In this document: positions 52,047 through 61,570 of the stretch, piece by piece
Layout: every line of letters starts with the position of its first letter
Position numbering within the stretch: the first letter of the stretch is position 1
Assembly (NCBI GenBank): GCA_040377305.1
Contig: JBEIPA010000009.1
Span: 32,001 to 96,000 of the forward strand
DNA: 64,000 nt
DNA from: Flavobacteriales bacterium
Lineage (GTDB): Bacteria > Bacteroidota > Bacteroidia > Palsa-965
Reading direction: 5' to 3'
Position numbers and translations under genes: made by a program
The notes under the pieces: generated by a model
Databases searched by the model: none
What the model saw: only the letters and a program-made list of their open reading frames with translations
Told to the model about the DNA's origin: nothing

Positions 52047-52802
52047 TTAGGGATTTAGGTTAGCCGAAACGCTTACCGTTGCGCCTTTGCTTGAGAAAAA
52101 ACCTCTGTAAAAGCGCGACACAATGGCGAACGAGGCGTCATCAGCAATGTCGCGAGGCGAGAATAAAATTCGGATCTCAATTTGATCAAGCTGATTGAGC
52201 GGTTCCTGTTTCTCAAACATAGCTGCTACTTGTGCTGTGTCTGTTTGCATCAACGCCAATGTCTGCTTATTGTAAAATGAAAGGAGAGAAGTATTTTCTC
52301 TTAAATCTGTAAACAGCAATGCGATTTTTTTATTGGAGTTTGACGTTGCCAGATCATTCAAGGCATTTGCTATAGGAACATAGAGGGCGGACTGATTTTT
52401 TCCGATTGTGTCCATCGCCAACGAGTCCAAGAAGTTTGTTACGCTATTCTGGAATAATTCAATTTCTCGCTCCCTATCGAATTGATTGGTCAGAGCATTT
52501 TGAGCTGAAGCCGGCAATTCGAATATGGTTTCTTCATTGAGTCGGATATCGCTGATAAAGCTGAACTTGAAGATTGCGCCGCTGGCGGGATCGGTACTCA
52601 GGTTGTACAATGCCAAAATTTCCTCAGCTTCTGGTATAGGTTGATGAGGTTCAGTGATGTCCCATAGCACGACAATTTCAGTAGTACGTGGCTTTGAAGT
52701 CGTACAGGAGTCACACCATAGAAGAACTCCAAGCGACACTAGCGCAAGCCCAAGAGCTACCAACAAAAGTCCATTGGTTATTTGAAAGGTTTTGTTTTTC
52801 AT
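52047..52802 (-). CDS. Membrane-anchored vWA-like protein
   Basis: N-terminal TM; IVVLWDITE, QSALY and LLFTDLREN resemble a MIDAS-bearing vWA fold. Confidence 0.6.
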   Translation of the reverse strand: MKNKTFQITNGLLLVALGLALVSLGVLLWCDSCTTSKPRTTEIVVLWDITEPHQPIPEAEEILALYNLSTDPASGAIFKFSFISDIRLNEETIFELPASAQNALTNQFDREREIELFQNSVTNFLDSLAMDTIGKNQSALYVPIANALNDLATSNSNKKIALLFTDLRENTSLLSFYNKQTLALMQTDTAQVAAMFEKQEPLNQLDQIEIRILFSPRDIADDASFAIVSRFYRGFFSSKGATVSVSANLNP

Positions 52803-53851
52803 GACAGGTTAGATTTAGAGATCGTTAATGATGTAGTCGATTCGAAGAAGCAGACTGGAGTACCCAGATCTCCACGTGTTGCGAGGTTTTCAGTTTTGAA
52901 TATTTCGATTGCCTCGCGGTAGTGCGCATCTATTCGCTCTTCCGTTGCTTTTGCAACAGCAAGAACGTGCAGGTACTTTTTCTCTTCATCGGTAAACTGT
53001 GCAGCGAGTTTTTCCTTCTCGCTTTTTAGCTGCTTCATTTCAGCTTCGCGCTCCTCTATTCGTTTGTGTAATTCGGAAGTAGCGCAATCGAAATTCTGTT
53101 GCTTTTGAGAAGGTATCAGTAAGCGTGAAAGGACAATTGCTCCGACGAGAAAGGCTATGTTCACAAGAAAGAACACCCATGCTGGTGTTTCAATGGAGGA
53201 ATTATCCAGGATATTCGAGCGAAGCACGGACATAGCGATTACAATGCCGAGGTTCGCTGCGACATACAAGGCAGTCTGCAAATAAGGTTTCTCTATTCCC
53301 TCCTCAATCTTTGCCAGATTTTTTCCAGTGGCGTAAGCCAGTGCTGCTTCAATAAGTGTTATCGTCGCGCCAATTAGGTACGCGCCAAACATGTTGCCTC
53401 CAAAAAATGCGAAGGACATAGAGTTATAGAACCACTCACCGAGATACATGATGCCAAGTAGAACAAGAAGAAATGGGTTTCGTTTTCTGATTGTTGGTTT
53501 TGGTTTGCCATCCAAGGTTCTTCTATCAACGTCATTCAAGTGTTCATTCTTCTCTGTTGCAGCATCCAGTTCAATTTCGCGCTTCACTTTTTCTTCTTTG
53601 AAGCGTGTAAATGTTGCCTCCTGCATAACAGGTTTAATTCTTCCGAGTTCCTTGGCGAGAAGCTCTTCAAACGATGACTTGTATCGGCCAACATACGGCA
53701 TGAGGGACTGCTCGTTCAAAGTCGGGCGATTCTTCTTTGCGAAAAATGCACCATCCTTCTTGGCTTCGCGTTTCACCGCGTTTGCGATGTCGAGAATATT
53801 CTTGTCTTGTTCCGGATCGAATGATCCATACGTGATTGTGTCTTTTGACAT
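52799..53851 (-). CDS. Four-TM protein flanked by coiled coils
   Basis: Start at the ATG at 53851 (MSKDTIT); ATGA overlap with the vWA-like gene. Confidence 0.7.
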   Translation of the reverse strand: MSKDTITYGSFDPEQDKNILDIANAVKREAKKDGAFFAKKNRPTLNEQSLMPYVGRYKSSFEELLAKELGRIKPVMQEATFTRFKEEKVKREIELDAATEKNEHLNDVDRRTLDGKPKPTIRKRNPFLLVLLGIMYLGEWFYNSMSFAFFGGNMFGAYLIGATITLIEAALAYATGKNLAKIEEGIEKPYLQTALYVAANLGIVIAMSVLRSNILDNSSIETPAWVFFLVNIAFLVGAIVLSRLLIPSQKQQNFDCATSELHKRIEEREAEMKQLKSEKEKLAAQFTDEEKKYLHVLAVAKATEERIDAHYREAIEIFKTENLATRGDLGTPVCFFESTTSLTISKSNLS

Positions 53852-53864
53852 GAGTGATGAGTTT

Positions 53865-54317
53865 TTAATGTGAGACTTCGTGTGATTGATCATTTCCTTC
53901 TTTGCGACGTCGGGATTTATGCAAACCATTGGCTTTCGTTTTGTCAGATACCTCTGAGGAGCGATTGGTTGCCGCGGCACTTTGTTCGATCACCGGTGCA
54001 GGAGCATTGTGGATGATCATTTCCTTAGTGAGTCGTTGCTCAAGTTCACGAATCTGCTTTTTGAGCTGATACAAGTTCGATGTACGTTCGAAGAGCTCGT
54101 TTTCCTTGAGATCAATTGCAGACAGAACCGGCTTTTTGTTCTCGTCGTAATCAAGCAGTTTGATAAACGCGATTGGTGTTTTTGGTTCGCCCGGAAGACC
54201 GCCCATCACCGCAATGATGTTTTCACCTTTGGTCCAGTGGCCCTTCTCGTGATACTCGATCTCCGTCGGTAACTTACGAGGTTGCTTCTGATTTTCATTT
54301 TGGTTTTCTGTAGTCAT
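53865..54317 (-). CDS. Hypothetical protein, paralog of 54729-55136
   Basis: Shared PG..K...A(F/Y)I...DYD...KK...D...E......L..LK..IR..E pattern. Confidence 0.75.
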   Translation of the reverse strand: MTTENQNENQKQPRKLPTEIEYHEKGHWTKGENIIAVMGGLPGEPKTPIAFIKLLDYDENKKPVLSAIDLKENELFERTSNLYQLKKQIRELEQRLTKEMIIHNAPAPVIEQSAAATNRSSEVSDKTKANGLHKSRRRKEGNDQSHEVSH

Positions 54318-54375
54318 TGGTTTGAGATTTATTTTGTGAATTGCTAATGATCAAGTTCAAGTTCTGTGCATACAT

Positions 54376-54717
54376 TCAGATTTCTTTTCCTTCTTCCTTG
54401 CCGTCATCTTTTTCATTGCGCGTCTTACCTAATTCCATTGCGCGCCGTTCGAGCATTTCAGCGATGGCAGACCATATTTGCTGTGAGGTTTCCTCGTCCG
54501 ATACTGGCGGTCCGATTATCCGACCAGAGGGATCAAGCAGGGTGTATGTGACTTTGCCGTCACGGGTGATCTTGCGGATAGTCTTACCGAGGAACACCAT
54601 TTTCCCTTTCGTCGGTGATTTGTAAGAAACTTCTGCGATCTCCACATCATCACCTGCGTCTTGGTACGGACTCGGTGTGCTTTTCTGTTCTTCGGGATTC
54701 TCACCATTCGTTTTCAT
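54376..54717 (-). CDS. Hypothetical protein, possible distant paralog of its neighbours
   Basis: Similar beta-rich segment (GKVTYTLLDPSGRII); charged tail. Confidence 0.65.
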   Translation of the reverse strand: MKTNGENPEEQKSTPSPYQDAGDDVEIAEVSYKSPTKGKMVFLGKTIRKITRDGKVTYTLLDPSGRIIGPPVSDEETSQQIWSAIAEMLERRAMELGKTRNEKDDGKEEGKEI

Positions 54718-54728
54718 GATTTCGTCTT

Positions 54729-55136
54729 CTATCGGGTTCGTGACTTTGTTCGTGATGCGTTGGATCGCAATGATGTGAGCTGCCTCAGTCGATTCCGCTC
54801 TTCAGTAGCAAAATCCTGTTGCAACGCTTGCTCTTTGAGGTTTACTTGTTCATGAAACACATTCTCACTTCTGCGTATTTCATTTTTGAGATGCGTAAGG
54901 CTGTAGTTTGCTGGAACGATCTCCTTGCCATCAACATCGAAAGTCCTATATGACTTCTTGCCTGCGTTGGCATCATAGTCCTCGCGTATGTATGCAACGA
55001 CAGCCTTTCGTCCACCAGGGCGATCCATAAGGACCGTTGCGACCTCACCCGTTATTGAGTTTTTGTACTCTGCGAATGAAATTGCACTTTCAGAATGTAG
55101 AGGTTGACTCTTTGAATGGTTGTCCTTATGGTGCAT
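54729..55136 (-). CDS. Hypothetical protein, paralog of 53865-54317
   Basis: Same shared pattern as its paralog; Arg-rich C-terminus. Confidence 0.75.
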   Translation of the reverse strand: MHHKDNHSKSQPLHSESAISFAEYKNSITGEVATVLMDRPGGRKAVVAYIREDYDANAGKKSYRTFDVDGKEIVPANYSLTHLKNEIRRSENVFHEQVNLKEQALQQDFATEERNRLRQLTSLRSNASRTKSRTR

Positions 55137-55214
55137 TAGTCTTTCGTTTTTGTAGTGGTGAATACTTCATTGCTGTGCGATCATAACTCTGTTCAAAATG
55201 ATTGCAAGTCCTGA

Positions 55215-56627
55215 CTACCGTTCTATTGTGAGTTTCTTTTTTTGCTGTTTTTTGGATTGAATGATTTCTTCTTCTCCGTCTCCAAACACCGTGAAATCTT
55301 CGAGTGAGGAGGCTAAGGCAACTTGTTTTTCGTCGATGTAATTCCGGAGTACTTGTTCACCCGAATGACCTGATATTGGCCGGATATCTGCGCCCATACG
55401 AATTTTTAAAGCCGTCATCACCACTTTGCGTAACACCTTAAATGTTTTCAGTGGTTTGTCGGGATGAGCGACTTTCCAGAAATGAGAGAAGCCTCGGGAG
55501 AGAGCCGATTTGACAGTGGGAACTCGGTTGGATGTAATTTCTGGCGCTATTATGAATTCATTAGAATTGCGTTTCTCTTGTAGACCCTGTTCATAGAGAA
55601 ATCTGGAAATTTGATTGGTAACCGGTGAATGCAACTTTCGTTCTTTGCCTTCGGCTGTATGTAAAATGCGCGAGACCTTAAAATCAGTGAATTCAATGAG
55701 CAGCGGTTTACCATTTGGATCGCAGTGCACATCAGAAAAGCGCGCCATGATTAGTTCTTCAAGTCTGCGACCAGTTAGAGCAAAACGAAATGCTGTAATC
55801 AGGTAAGGGCGGAAGTGGTTACGAGTTCGTTCGTGTTTGCCAATTCCCTTTTGAAATCCGTTTTCATAGGTGATAACGGACAGAACTTTTTGGAACTCTT
55901 CTTTTGTAATTACTTCTGGTCTTGGTGTTATTGTTTTTCGGGGTACGCGTTCAAAGAATCGCTTCACATTCCCATACTCTTCGCTTTCAGCATAAGATGC
56001 GAACGTGGTGAGAGTACTAAACCAGCGATTGTAAACTGAGTCGCTGTATCCTTTCTCGATTAGATAATCATGAAACTTGCCTACTACGTTGTCGTTTATT
56101 TCGTTCAGCTTGAATTGTGTAGTATCAATTCTAGCTGCGTGAAGTGCAAGCACGAAATTTTTGAAACAACTTTTGACGTCACTGATGTGAGATTTCGAGC
56201 GAATCAATCTCAGGTGAGGTGCAACTCCTTCTCCTTTTAGTGTTGCTAGGTATTTGCCGAAAGTGTGAACGAGTAATTCGGGTTTAGCACCCGTATGTGG
56301 TACGGGTGCCTCAGCAATCGTAGTTTGTCTTTTGGGAAGTCTCTCTTCGATTTCTCCCGCATCAAGTTTTTGCCTTAGTGTTGCGACTTGCTTCACCGCT
56401 TCCGAGAAGTCAGTGCCTAGTGACCGTACAATTCGCTTCTTAGTCCCTGGGATGAATCCAACAAAACGGTACTGCAGTTTTTCAATGTGTGAACATTCAG
56501 AAAGGGGCTTTGATTGGCAAGTCTTCACCATCGTCTTACAATGACCACACCAGATTCGCATGCACGGTATGTGTGCATTTGCTTTTAGTTGTATGTATTT
56601 CTTTTTGCTCATGCGGCGATGCATCAT
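55215..56627 (-). CDS. Tyrosine recombinase/integrase with a Cys-rich N-terminus
   Basis: LTGRRLEE, FKV, KVLRK, SGH and NY; N-terminal CGHC...C...CSH. Confidence 0.82.
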   Translation of the reverse strand: MMHRRMSKKKYIQLKANAHIPCMRIWCGHCKTMVKTCQSKPLSECSHIEKLQYRFVGFIPGTKKRIVRSLGTDFSEAVKQVATLRQKLDAGEIEERLPKRQTTIAEAPVPHTGAKPELLVHTFGKYLATLKGEGVAPHLRLIRSKSHISDVKSCFKNFVLALHAARIDTTQFKLNEINDNVVGKFHDYLIEKGYSDSVYNRWFSTLTTFASYAESEEYGNVKRFFERVPRKTITPRPEVITKEEFQKVLSVITYENGFQKGIGKHERTRNHFRPYLITAFRFALTGRRLEELIMARFSDVHCDPNGKPLLIEFTDFKVSRILHTAEGKERKLHSPVTNQISRFLYEQGLQEKRNSNEFIIAPEITSNRVPTVKSALSRGFSHFWKVAHPDKPLKTFKVLRKVVMTALKIRMGADIRPISGHSGEQVLRNYIDEKQVALASSLEDFTVFGDGEEEIIQSKKQQKKKLTIER

Positions 56628-56884
56628 AACTCCGTGTGACGAGAAAGCAAGTGTGAAATTTCAAGTAGAAAAGATTTTTCAGAATCTTCTTTCGGCTCGT
56701 AGGTTTTTCTTGTGTTTAAGTTGGTTGCTTTATGAAATTGTTGTTCAAAAACTATTTTATCGACTGCGTAGTTCTTTCCGATCCGTTTCAATGGAACATG
56801 CAAGCCAGCGAGCCACGCCTTGATGCTGCGGATATCTTTGTATCCGGAAATTTCCTTCAGTGATTCAAATAGTATGATTTGCAT
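56624..56884 (-). CDS. Excisionase-like HTH protein
   Basis: LKEISGYKDIRSIKAWL...IGKNYAV; ATGA overlap with the integrase. Confidence 0.6.
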   Translation of the reverse strand: MQIILFESLKEISGYKDIRSIKAWLAGLHVPLKRIGKNYAVDKIVFEQQFHKATNLNTRKTYEPKEDSEKSFLLEISHLLSRHTEL

Positions 56885-57127
56885 GGGTCGCGCTTTTAGT
56901 ATGGAGACCAGAATGCATTGTCATAATCCTTTCCGGGATCTCCCTTACAGATCGATCGATCTTTCAATCCATCAGGGAGAGATTTATTTCTCATGATGGA
57001 TTTACTGCTTGCTTTGGAAAGGAGTTTCTTCTTCGACTTCTTGGTTTTCTTTTTCATGGTTCTGCTCTTTGGTACAAACCTATCCCAAAGGCAAACCGAG
57101 AAAATCGAGTAGCAGTTGACTCAATAC

Positions 57128-57652
57128 TTACTCAATTCTTTTGCGCATGACGCGAGCAATTAAATCAGAAAGGAATTTTGAAGGGTGGGATTTTCGACAA
57201 TCAGCGATGTAGGTTTGGATTGTTCGTTCCTGCAATGGGTTGCCATTCTCCATTTTGCATCGAGCAACAATTACCGGACTGAGATCTTGCTGCGGAATAA
57301 TTCCTTCAGCTTCAAGTAACAGTAGTGAGTGGATGAATATCTTGGGTGTTTTCAGACAGATTATCGGGGAGGTTGGTTCGTCATCTCCGATGAAGTGAAG
57401 AGCGAATTGGGTGTCCGACTCAGAGAAGATCATACTGCGTGATATCCCCCGATAATAAACACCGATTGAATAATCAGTGTTCCAACCAAATTTAATAGCA
57501 GGAAATAAATCTGTTGCAGCAGAAAAATGAATTGCACTAGCATTGATGATCGAAAAGAAACGGGCCCTGTCTACTTTTTTCAAATGCTCAAGCTTTCGAA
57601 ACCAATATTCTGTTTCGAGTTCATGAGAACCTGTATGTAGATCATGTTTCAT
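57128..57652 (-). CDS. Putative regulator (RteC-like), paralog of 58104-58700
   Basis: Shared K.GWN..Y.I...Y...F...F.G..EP..PIIC...TI..YI..CR pattern. Confidence 0.6.
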   Translation of the reverse strand: MKHDLHTGSHELETEYWFRKLEHLKKVDRARFFSIINASAIHFSAATDLFPAIKFGWNTDYSIGVYYRGISRSMIFSESDTQFALHFIGDDEPTSPIICLKTPKIFIHSLLLLEAEGIIPQQDLSPVIVARCKMENGNPLQERTIQTYIADCRKSHPSKFLSDLIARVMRKRIE

Positions 57653-58103
57653 TTGATTTTCTTACTGCGAGCAAAATCAAATGGAAATGATTGACTACAC
57701 CTGAATAAACTGATAGGTTGGAGTCAACTCTCGCATCTGTTCTGCGGGAGTCATAGGAATAGTTCCTATACCCCTCCGGTCTTCGCACGACCGGAGTTTT
57801 TCATTTTAGTCAGAGAGACCTGCAGTTTATTATTATTACTACAGAAGGATGGCTCCTTTATGCTCAATTATCGGTCGAACGACCAGGAAAGGGCAAGGCT
57901 CTGACACCTTGTTGTAAGAAAATCGTATTCAATTTAGTGCGAATAATTGGGATTCCCAATAGTCTAATTCAATAATGTCTTCCGTGTGCAGAAATTCAGC
58001 AGTTTTCGCTTTTCTGACACGAATTGTAAGTCAGAAATTCTCGCGTTTCTGCGTGGATATGCTTGCCCCAACGAGAATTTTCGAGTTGTGAAACCCAATG
58101 CCA

Positions 58104-58700
58104 TTATTCAAAACTCTTTCTATTTCGCTCCAATCTAGAGTAGATGTGCCTGGTGCGTTCATAGAACGGGCCTTCTGTTCTGCACTTTGAGATATACTCC
58201 TCAATAGTATGTTTTGCTATTGCGCCCTTCATGCTAAGACTTCTGTCTGCTATTGAACTTGCCAACGGATCGTTTGGCAAGATATTTTTCTGCTGCAGAT
58301 AAACTAGTACATCCACGAATTGTTTAATTTTTCCGTTCCGGCAAATTATTGGATCGATGGGCTCTCCGGCTCCAAGGAACGCAAGCTGAAAATCCTGCGA
58401 TGAAGTGGTGTCAATTATACACGTTATTAAATCTTCATATAGAAGAGTAATGTCGTAATGTTCATTCCATCCAATTTTAGTTTTCGTCTTAAGCGGTTGC
58501 TCTTTGTTACGTGTTGACTCTTCCAGAGGAACAATTCGATTTTTTATTACTTCTAAATCGTATTTGATTTTTGCTTGCTCTTCCAGTATTTTTCTTTGCT
58601 CACCTTGAATCCGCTCCGATAATAGCAATATACGTTCGAGCGACGCCTCGACTTTATCGAAGGTCGCTGATTGTTTTCCGTATGTTGTTTTACGCTTCAA
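58104..58700 (-). CDS. Putative regulator (RteC-like) with an N-terminal coiled coil
   Basis: Same shared pattern as its paralog. Confidence 0.6.
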   Translation of the reverse strand: MKRKTTYGKQSATFDKVEASLERILLLSERIQGEQRKILEEQAKIKYDLEVIKNRIVPLEESTRNKEQPLKTKTKIGWNEHYDITLLYEDLITCIIDTTSSQDFQLAFLGAGEPIDPIICRNGKIKQFVDVLVYLQQKNILPNDPLASSIADRSLSMKGAIAKHTIEEYISKCRTEGPFYERTRHIYSRLERNRKSFE

Positions 58701-59277
58701 AGCGAAATGTTCTTATGTGACATCTCGCCCGATGTATCGGCTTAGGGATTGACTTTTAAAGTGTGTTGGATTAAATTCAGAATATCTCCTCAATGCTTAC
58801 TTCATTGGGCGGATGGCAAAGTGTATACTTGTTATACCAGGTCTCCGTTCAATGTGTACTAGACATTGCATCGGGGACAGAGTATCTACTTGCCTTATAG
58901 CCCTTAGCTTTTCATGGAATAGCTGGGGGCTTTTTTAATAAAGTATTGTTATGGTAAAGACCAGTCAGGGGAACGGTTCAGTTTCTGTCAGCGCATAGAA
59001 ACGTCGTTCTTGATCAAAGTTCGGAATAGAAGGTATCATGCACCTGCGCTGAATTCACTCTTTAGTAACTGCTGCGCTTAGAATAATTTCCCTTGGCTGA
59101 AGAGAGAGCCACTGAGAAATAGCGCACAACAGTAGGCGAGGCTGCCCTTTACTATTGTCATGATAAAGCTAATTTACAATGGAACCGTCATTTAAACAAT
59201 TTCTTATGCCGAAAAATTAATTAACAGATTGTAACCGCGCATTTTTCAAAAATTCGTGACCTGAGTCTGAAAAATAA

Positions 59278-59303
59278 AAAGAGTCGCAAAAATGCGACTC
59301 TTA
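59278..59303 (-). terminator. Intrinsic terminator
   Basis: aagagtcgca-aaaa-tgcgactctt; the upstream A-tract reads as a T-tract on the minus strand. Confidence 0.75.
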
Positions 59304-59313
59304 AAATGTACTG

Positions 59314-60417
59314 TTACTGCTTAACAAGCTGCCTGAACAGTCCCGACACTTCCCTTGCCTGATCAATGTTCGAAATTACAAGCCCGGTCGACGAACCATT
59401 CCAGAACTTCTGTACTGATGCAGGAAGGCTTTTCACTTCAGCCTTCTTGACCATCTTGCGTACGGATTTTTCTTCCGCTTTTACAACCAAGTACATCGAG
59501 TTCTTCCTGAAATGGAAAAAGCAAAGGTTCTTACCTGCAACTTTTTTCATGGAGATGTAATGTCCACCGGCCGCATTAAAGGTTAGCTTCTTGTCGAGCT
59601 TTAAAGCGTCTCGTTTCAGGTTCTCGTAAATCGACTTAACGATTGGTGACCCTTTAGCAAAATGGTGCTCTTCGGTGTGGGTTACTTTGGGTTTCGATTC
59701 CTTCGGAACAAGCTGCGGCTTTGCCTGAAGCTCACTCAGCGTGGGATGCAACGAAAGAATGTTTGTTTTCCCTGCAAGAAACTTACGCACGTACAACACA
59801 TCAAGAATACCACCCCAGGTTTCAGCATACGCTTTTTGGGCTATCGGCAGTTCTTTGAGTGGATCTTCAGTAACAAGTAGACAACGCGGCGCATTAAGTA
59901 ATGTTTCTGCGAGCAAATCTTCCAATCGCTTGCCCTTCATATGCTGATGTACCAGCTTGAGAAATGCCTTGTCCTTCTCGATACTTTCCTTCATGAAGAC
60001 AATGAGTTGACTCATTGTTATTACATCACGAACCACTGAGAACAGATGCGTCATGAACGGAAAGAAGTCCGAATAGAAATCCTTGCCGTTACCGAGAATC
60101 ACACAAAGAAAGTAGCAGCGCGGAGCCGTCGGCGTTGTGAAGTCAAACAAAACGTTTGTATTCTGGAACGGGACACTATCCGGAACCGACATTTTCCATC
60201 CGACTGTTTTTTCTCCAAAGAGCGCACGGCGATTACCGAAGACAAGCTTTGCAAATTCCTCCTCGGACTTGAACGGCTTTGCAACAGGTTGCGAAGATTC
60301 AGGCAATTCAGGGAGTAGTGACAGCTTACCTTCTTTCGCGATCATAAATACCCTGCCGAAGGGATCGGTGTTTAGCGAGGGCTGAGCAATGGTTTTAGAA
60401 GAACTTAGTTTTTTCAT
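59314..60417 (-). CDS. DUF5655-like protein with a degenerate nuclease-like N-terminus
   Basis: FKSEEEFAKLVFGN...LFG near the N-terminus; TEEHHF...IYENLK...HYISMKK...NLCFFHFRK at the C-terminus. Confidence 0.55.
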   Translation of the reverse strand: MKKLSSSKTIAQPSLNTDPFGRVFMIAKEGKLSLLPELPESSQPVAKPFKSEEEFAKLVFGNRRALFGEKTVGWKMSVPDSVPFQNTNVLFDFTTPTAPRCYFLCVILGNGKDFYSDFFPFMTHLFSVVRDVITMSQLIVFMKESIEKDKAFLKLVHQHMKGKRLEDLLAETLLNAPRCLLVTEDPLKELPIAQKAYAETWGGILDVLYVRKFLAGKTNILSLHPTLSELQAKPQLVPKESKPKVTHTEEHHFAKGSPIVKSIYENLKRDALKLDKKLTFNAAGGHYISMKKVAGKNLCFFHFRKNSMYLVVKAEEKSVRKMVKKAEVKSLPASVQKFWNGSSTGLVISNIDQAREVSGLFRQLVKQ

Positions 60418-60609
60418 GGCTTAGTTGAATTGGTCTAAGCACATGGATAACTCCAAAGCCACGTGAAGTCAAATCACGATACCAGAAGGAAGCACAATTC
60501 CGATGCAGTCAAATGTGACGTACCCTGTTCAAAACTCTCACTGCGTTACGGGAGTAGAAATGAGGTTCAATTGCTTATATCGGGTACTTTTGTAGCCCAT
60601 TTTGACAGC

Positions 60610-61455
60610 ATGATCACTGTAACCCTGAAAGGTCGTATCGACACATCCTATTACGGATACAAGAAGCTAACAAGCTTCTATCAGGAATGTGCTGATCATA
60701 CCAATGACACCATTCACATGAACTTATATGATCTGGAATGGATCGACGGAAATATGTCAGCTTTTTTCGATGCAGTACTCTACAAATTACACAAGGAAAA
60801 TGGGCTTCGATTTGCGACGGACTTTGAATTTGTTAAGAAGAAGTTTGACGTGTTGCTTCGCAATGGGTTCTTAGATATCGGAGAGAAGATTGAGGACGAT
60901 CGCAAGAGTACAATTCCTATGAAGAGTTTTGCTACCAGCGACAAGAAGGGATTTATCGACTATGTTGAGGGTGAGCTGATGGAGCATCGCGGAATGCCTG
61001 CATTGGAGGCAAAGGTCAAAGAGCAAATCATCCAAGACTTGATCGAGGTCTTCTGTAACTCTCATCATCACGCAAACACCACAGATCCTTTCTTCGTTGC
61101 GGGCCAGTACTATCCCCGACTGGGTGAATTGCGATTCACTATGGTCGATCTTGGCGATGGCTTTTTGCCGCGCATCAATAAAGCAACAAACGGCAAGATT
61201 AATACATCACTGGACGCTATAAACTGGGCGATTATCGGAAACAGCAGTAAGCGTATTTTAGAGAAAACGTCTGGAGGACTAGGCTTGCAGAATATCCTCA
61301 AGTACTGCCAGGAAACAGGGGGGAATTTGGACATTGTGACAGGTGACGGATACTGGTCATCTGGATATACCGGAACAATTTTCGAGGGTGGAAGGGATAT
61401 GGGGCCTCATGCATTTGTGGGTACAACCCTCAATTTGACGTTCAAATCGGCTTAA
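60610..61455 (+). CDS. Anti-sigma-type GHKL kinase with a STAS-like N-terminus
   Basis: EVFCNSHHHA (N box), DLGDG (G1) and GGLGL (G2). TACTTTTG at 60585-60592 supports the ATG at 60610. Confidence 0.8.
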   Translation: MITVTLKGRIDTSYYGYKKLTSFYQECADHTNDTIHMNLYDLEWIDGNMSAFFDAVLYKLHKENGLRFATDFEFVKKKFDVLLRNGFLDIGEKIEDDRKSTIPMKSFATSDKKGFIDYVEGELMEHRGMPALEAKVKEQIIQDLIEVFCNSHHHANTTDPFFVAGQYYPRLGELRFTMVDLGDGFLPRINKATNGKINTSLDAINWAIIGNSSKRILEKTSGGLGLQNILKYCQETGGNLDIVTGDGYWSSGYTGTIFEGGRDMGPHAFVGTTLNLTFKSA

Positions 61456-61512
61456 AGCCCTCAGAATTAACGAACGCGTGTTGATTTTTTTGCTCATTCT
61501 CTTGACTTCACA

Positions 61513-61533
61513 TACTTTTGCCGCCTATATTTG
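61513..61533 (+). promoter_or_regulatory. Tandem Bacteroidota -7 boxes (TACTTTTG, TATATTTG) ahead of the STAS and PIN genes
   Basis: Each has TTTG or TTG about 20 bp upstream. Confidence 0.55.
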
Positions 61534-61570
61534 AAACAAAGCACGGTTTTTGAGCGTTATAGATTTAGAT

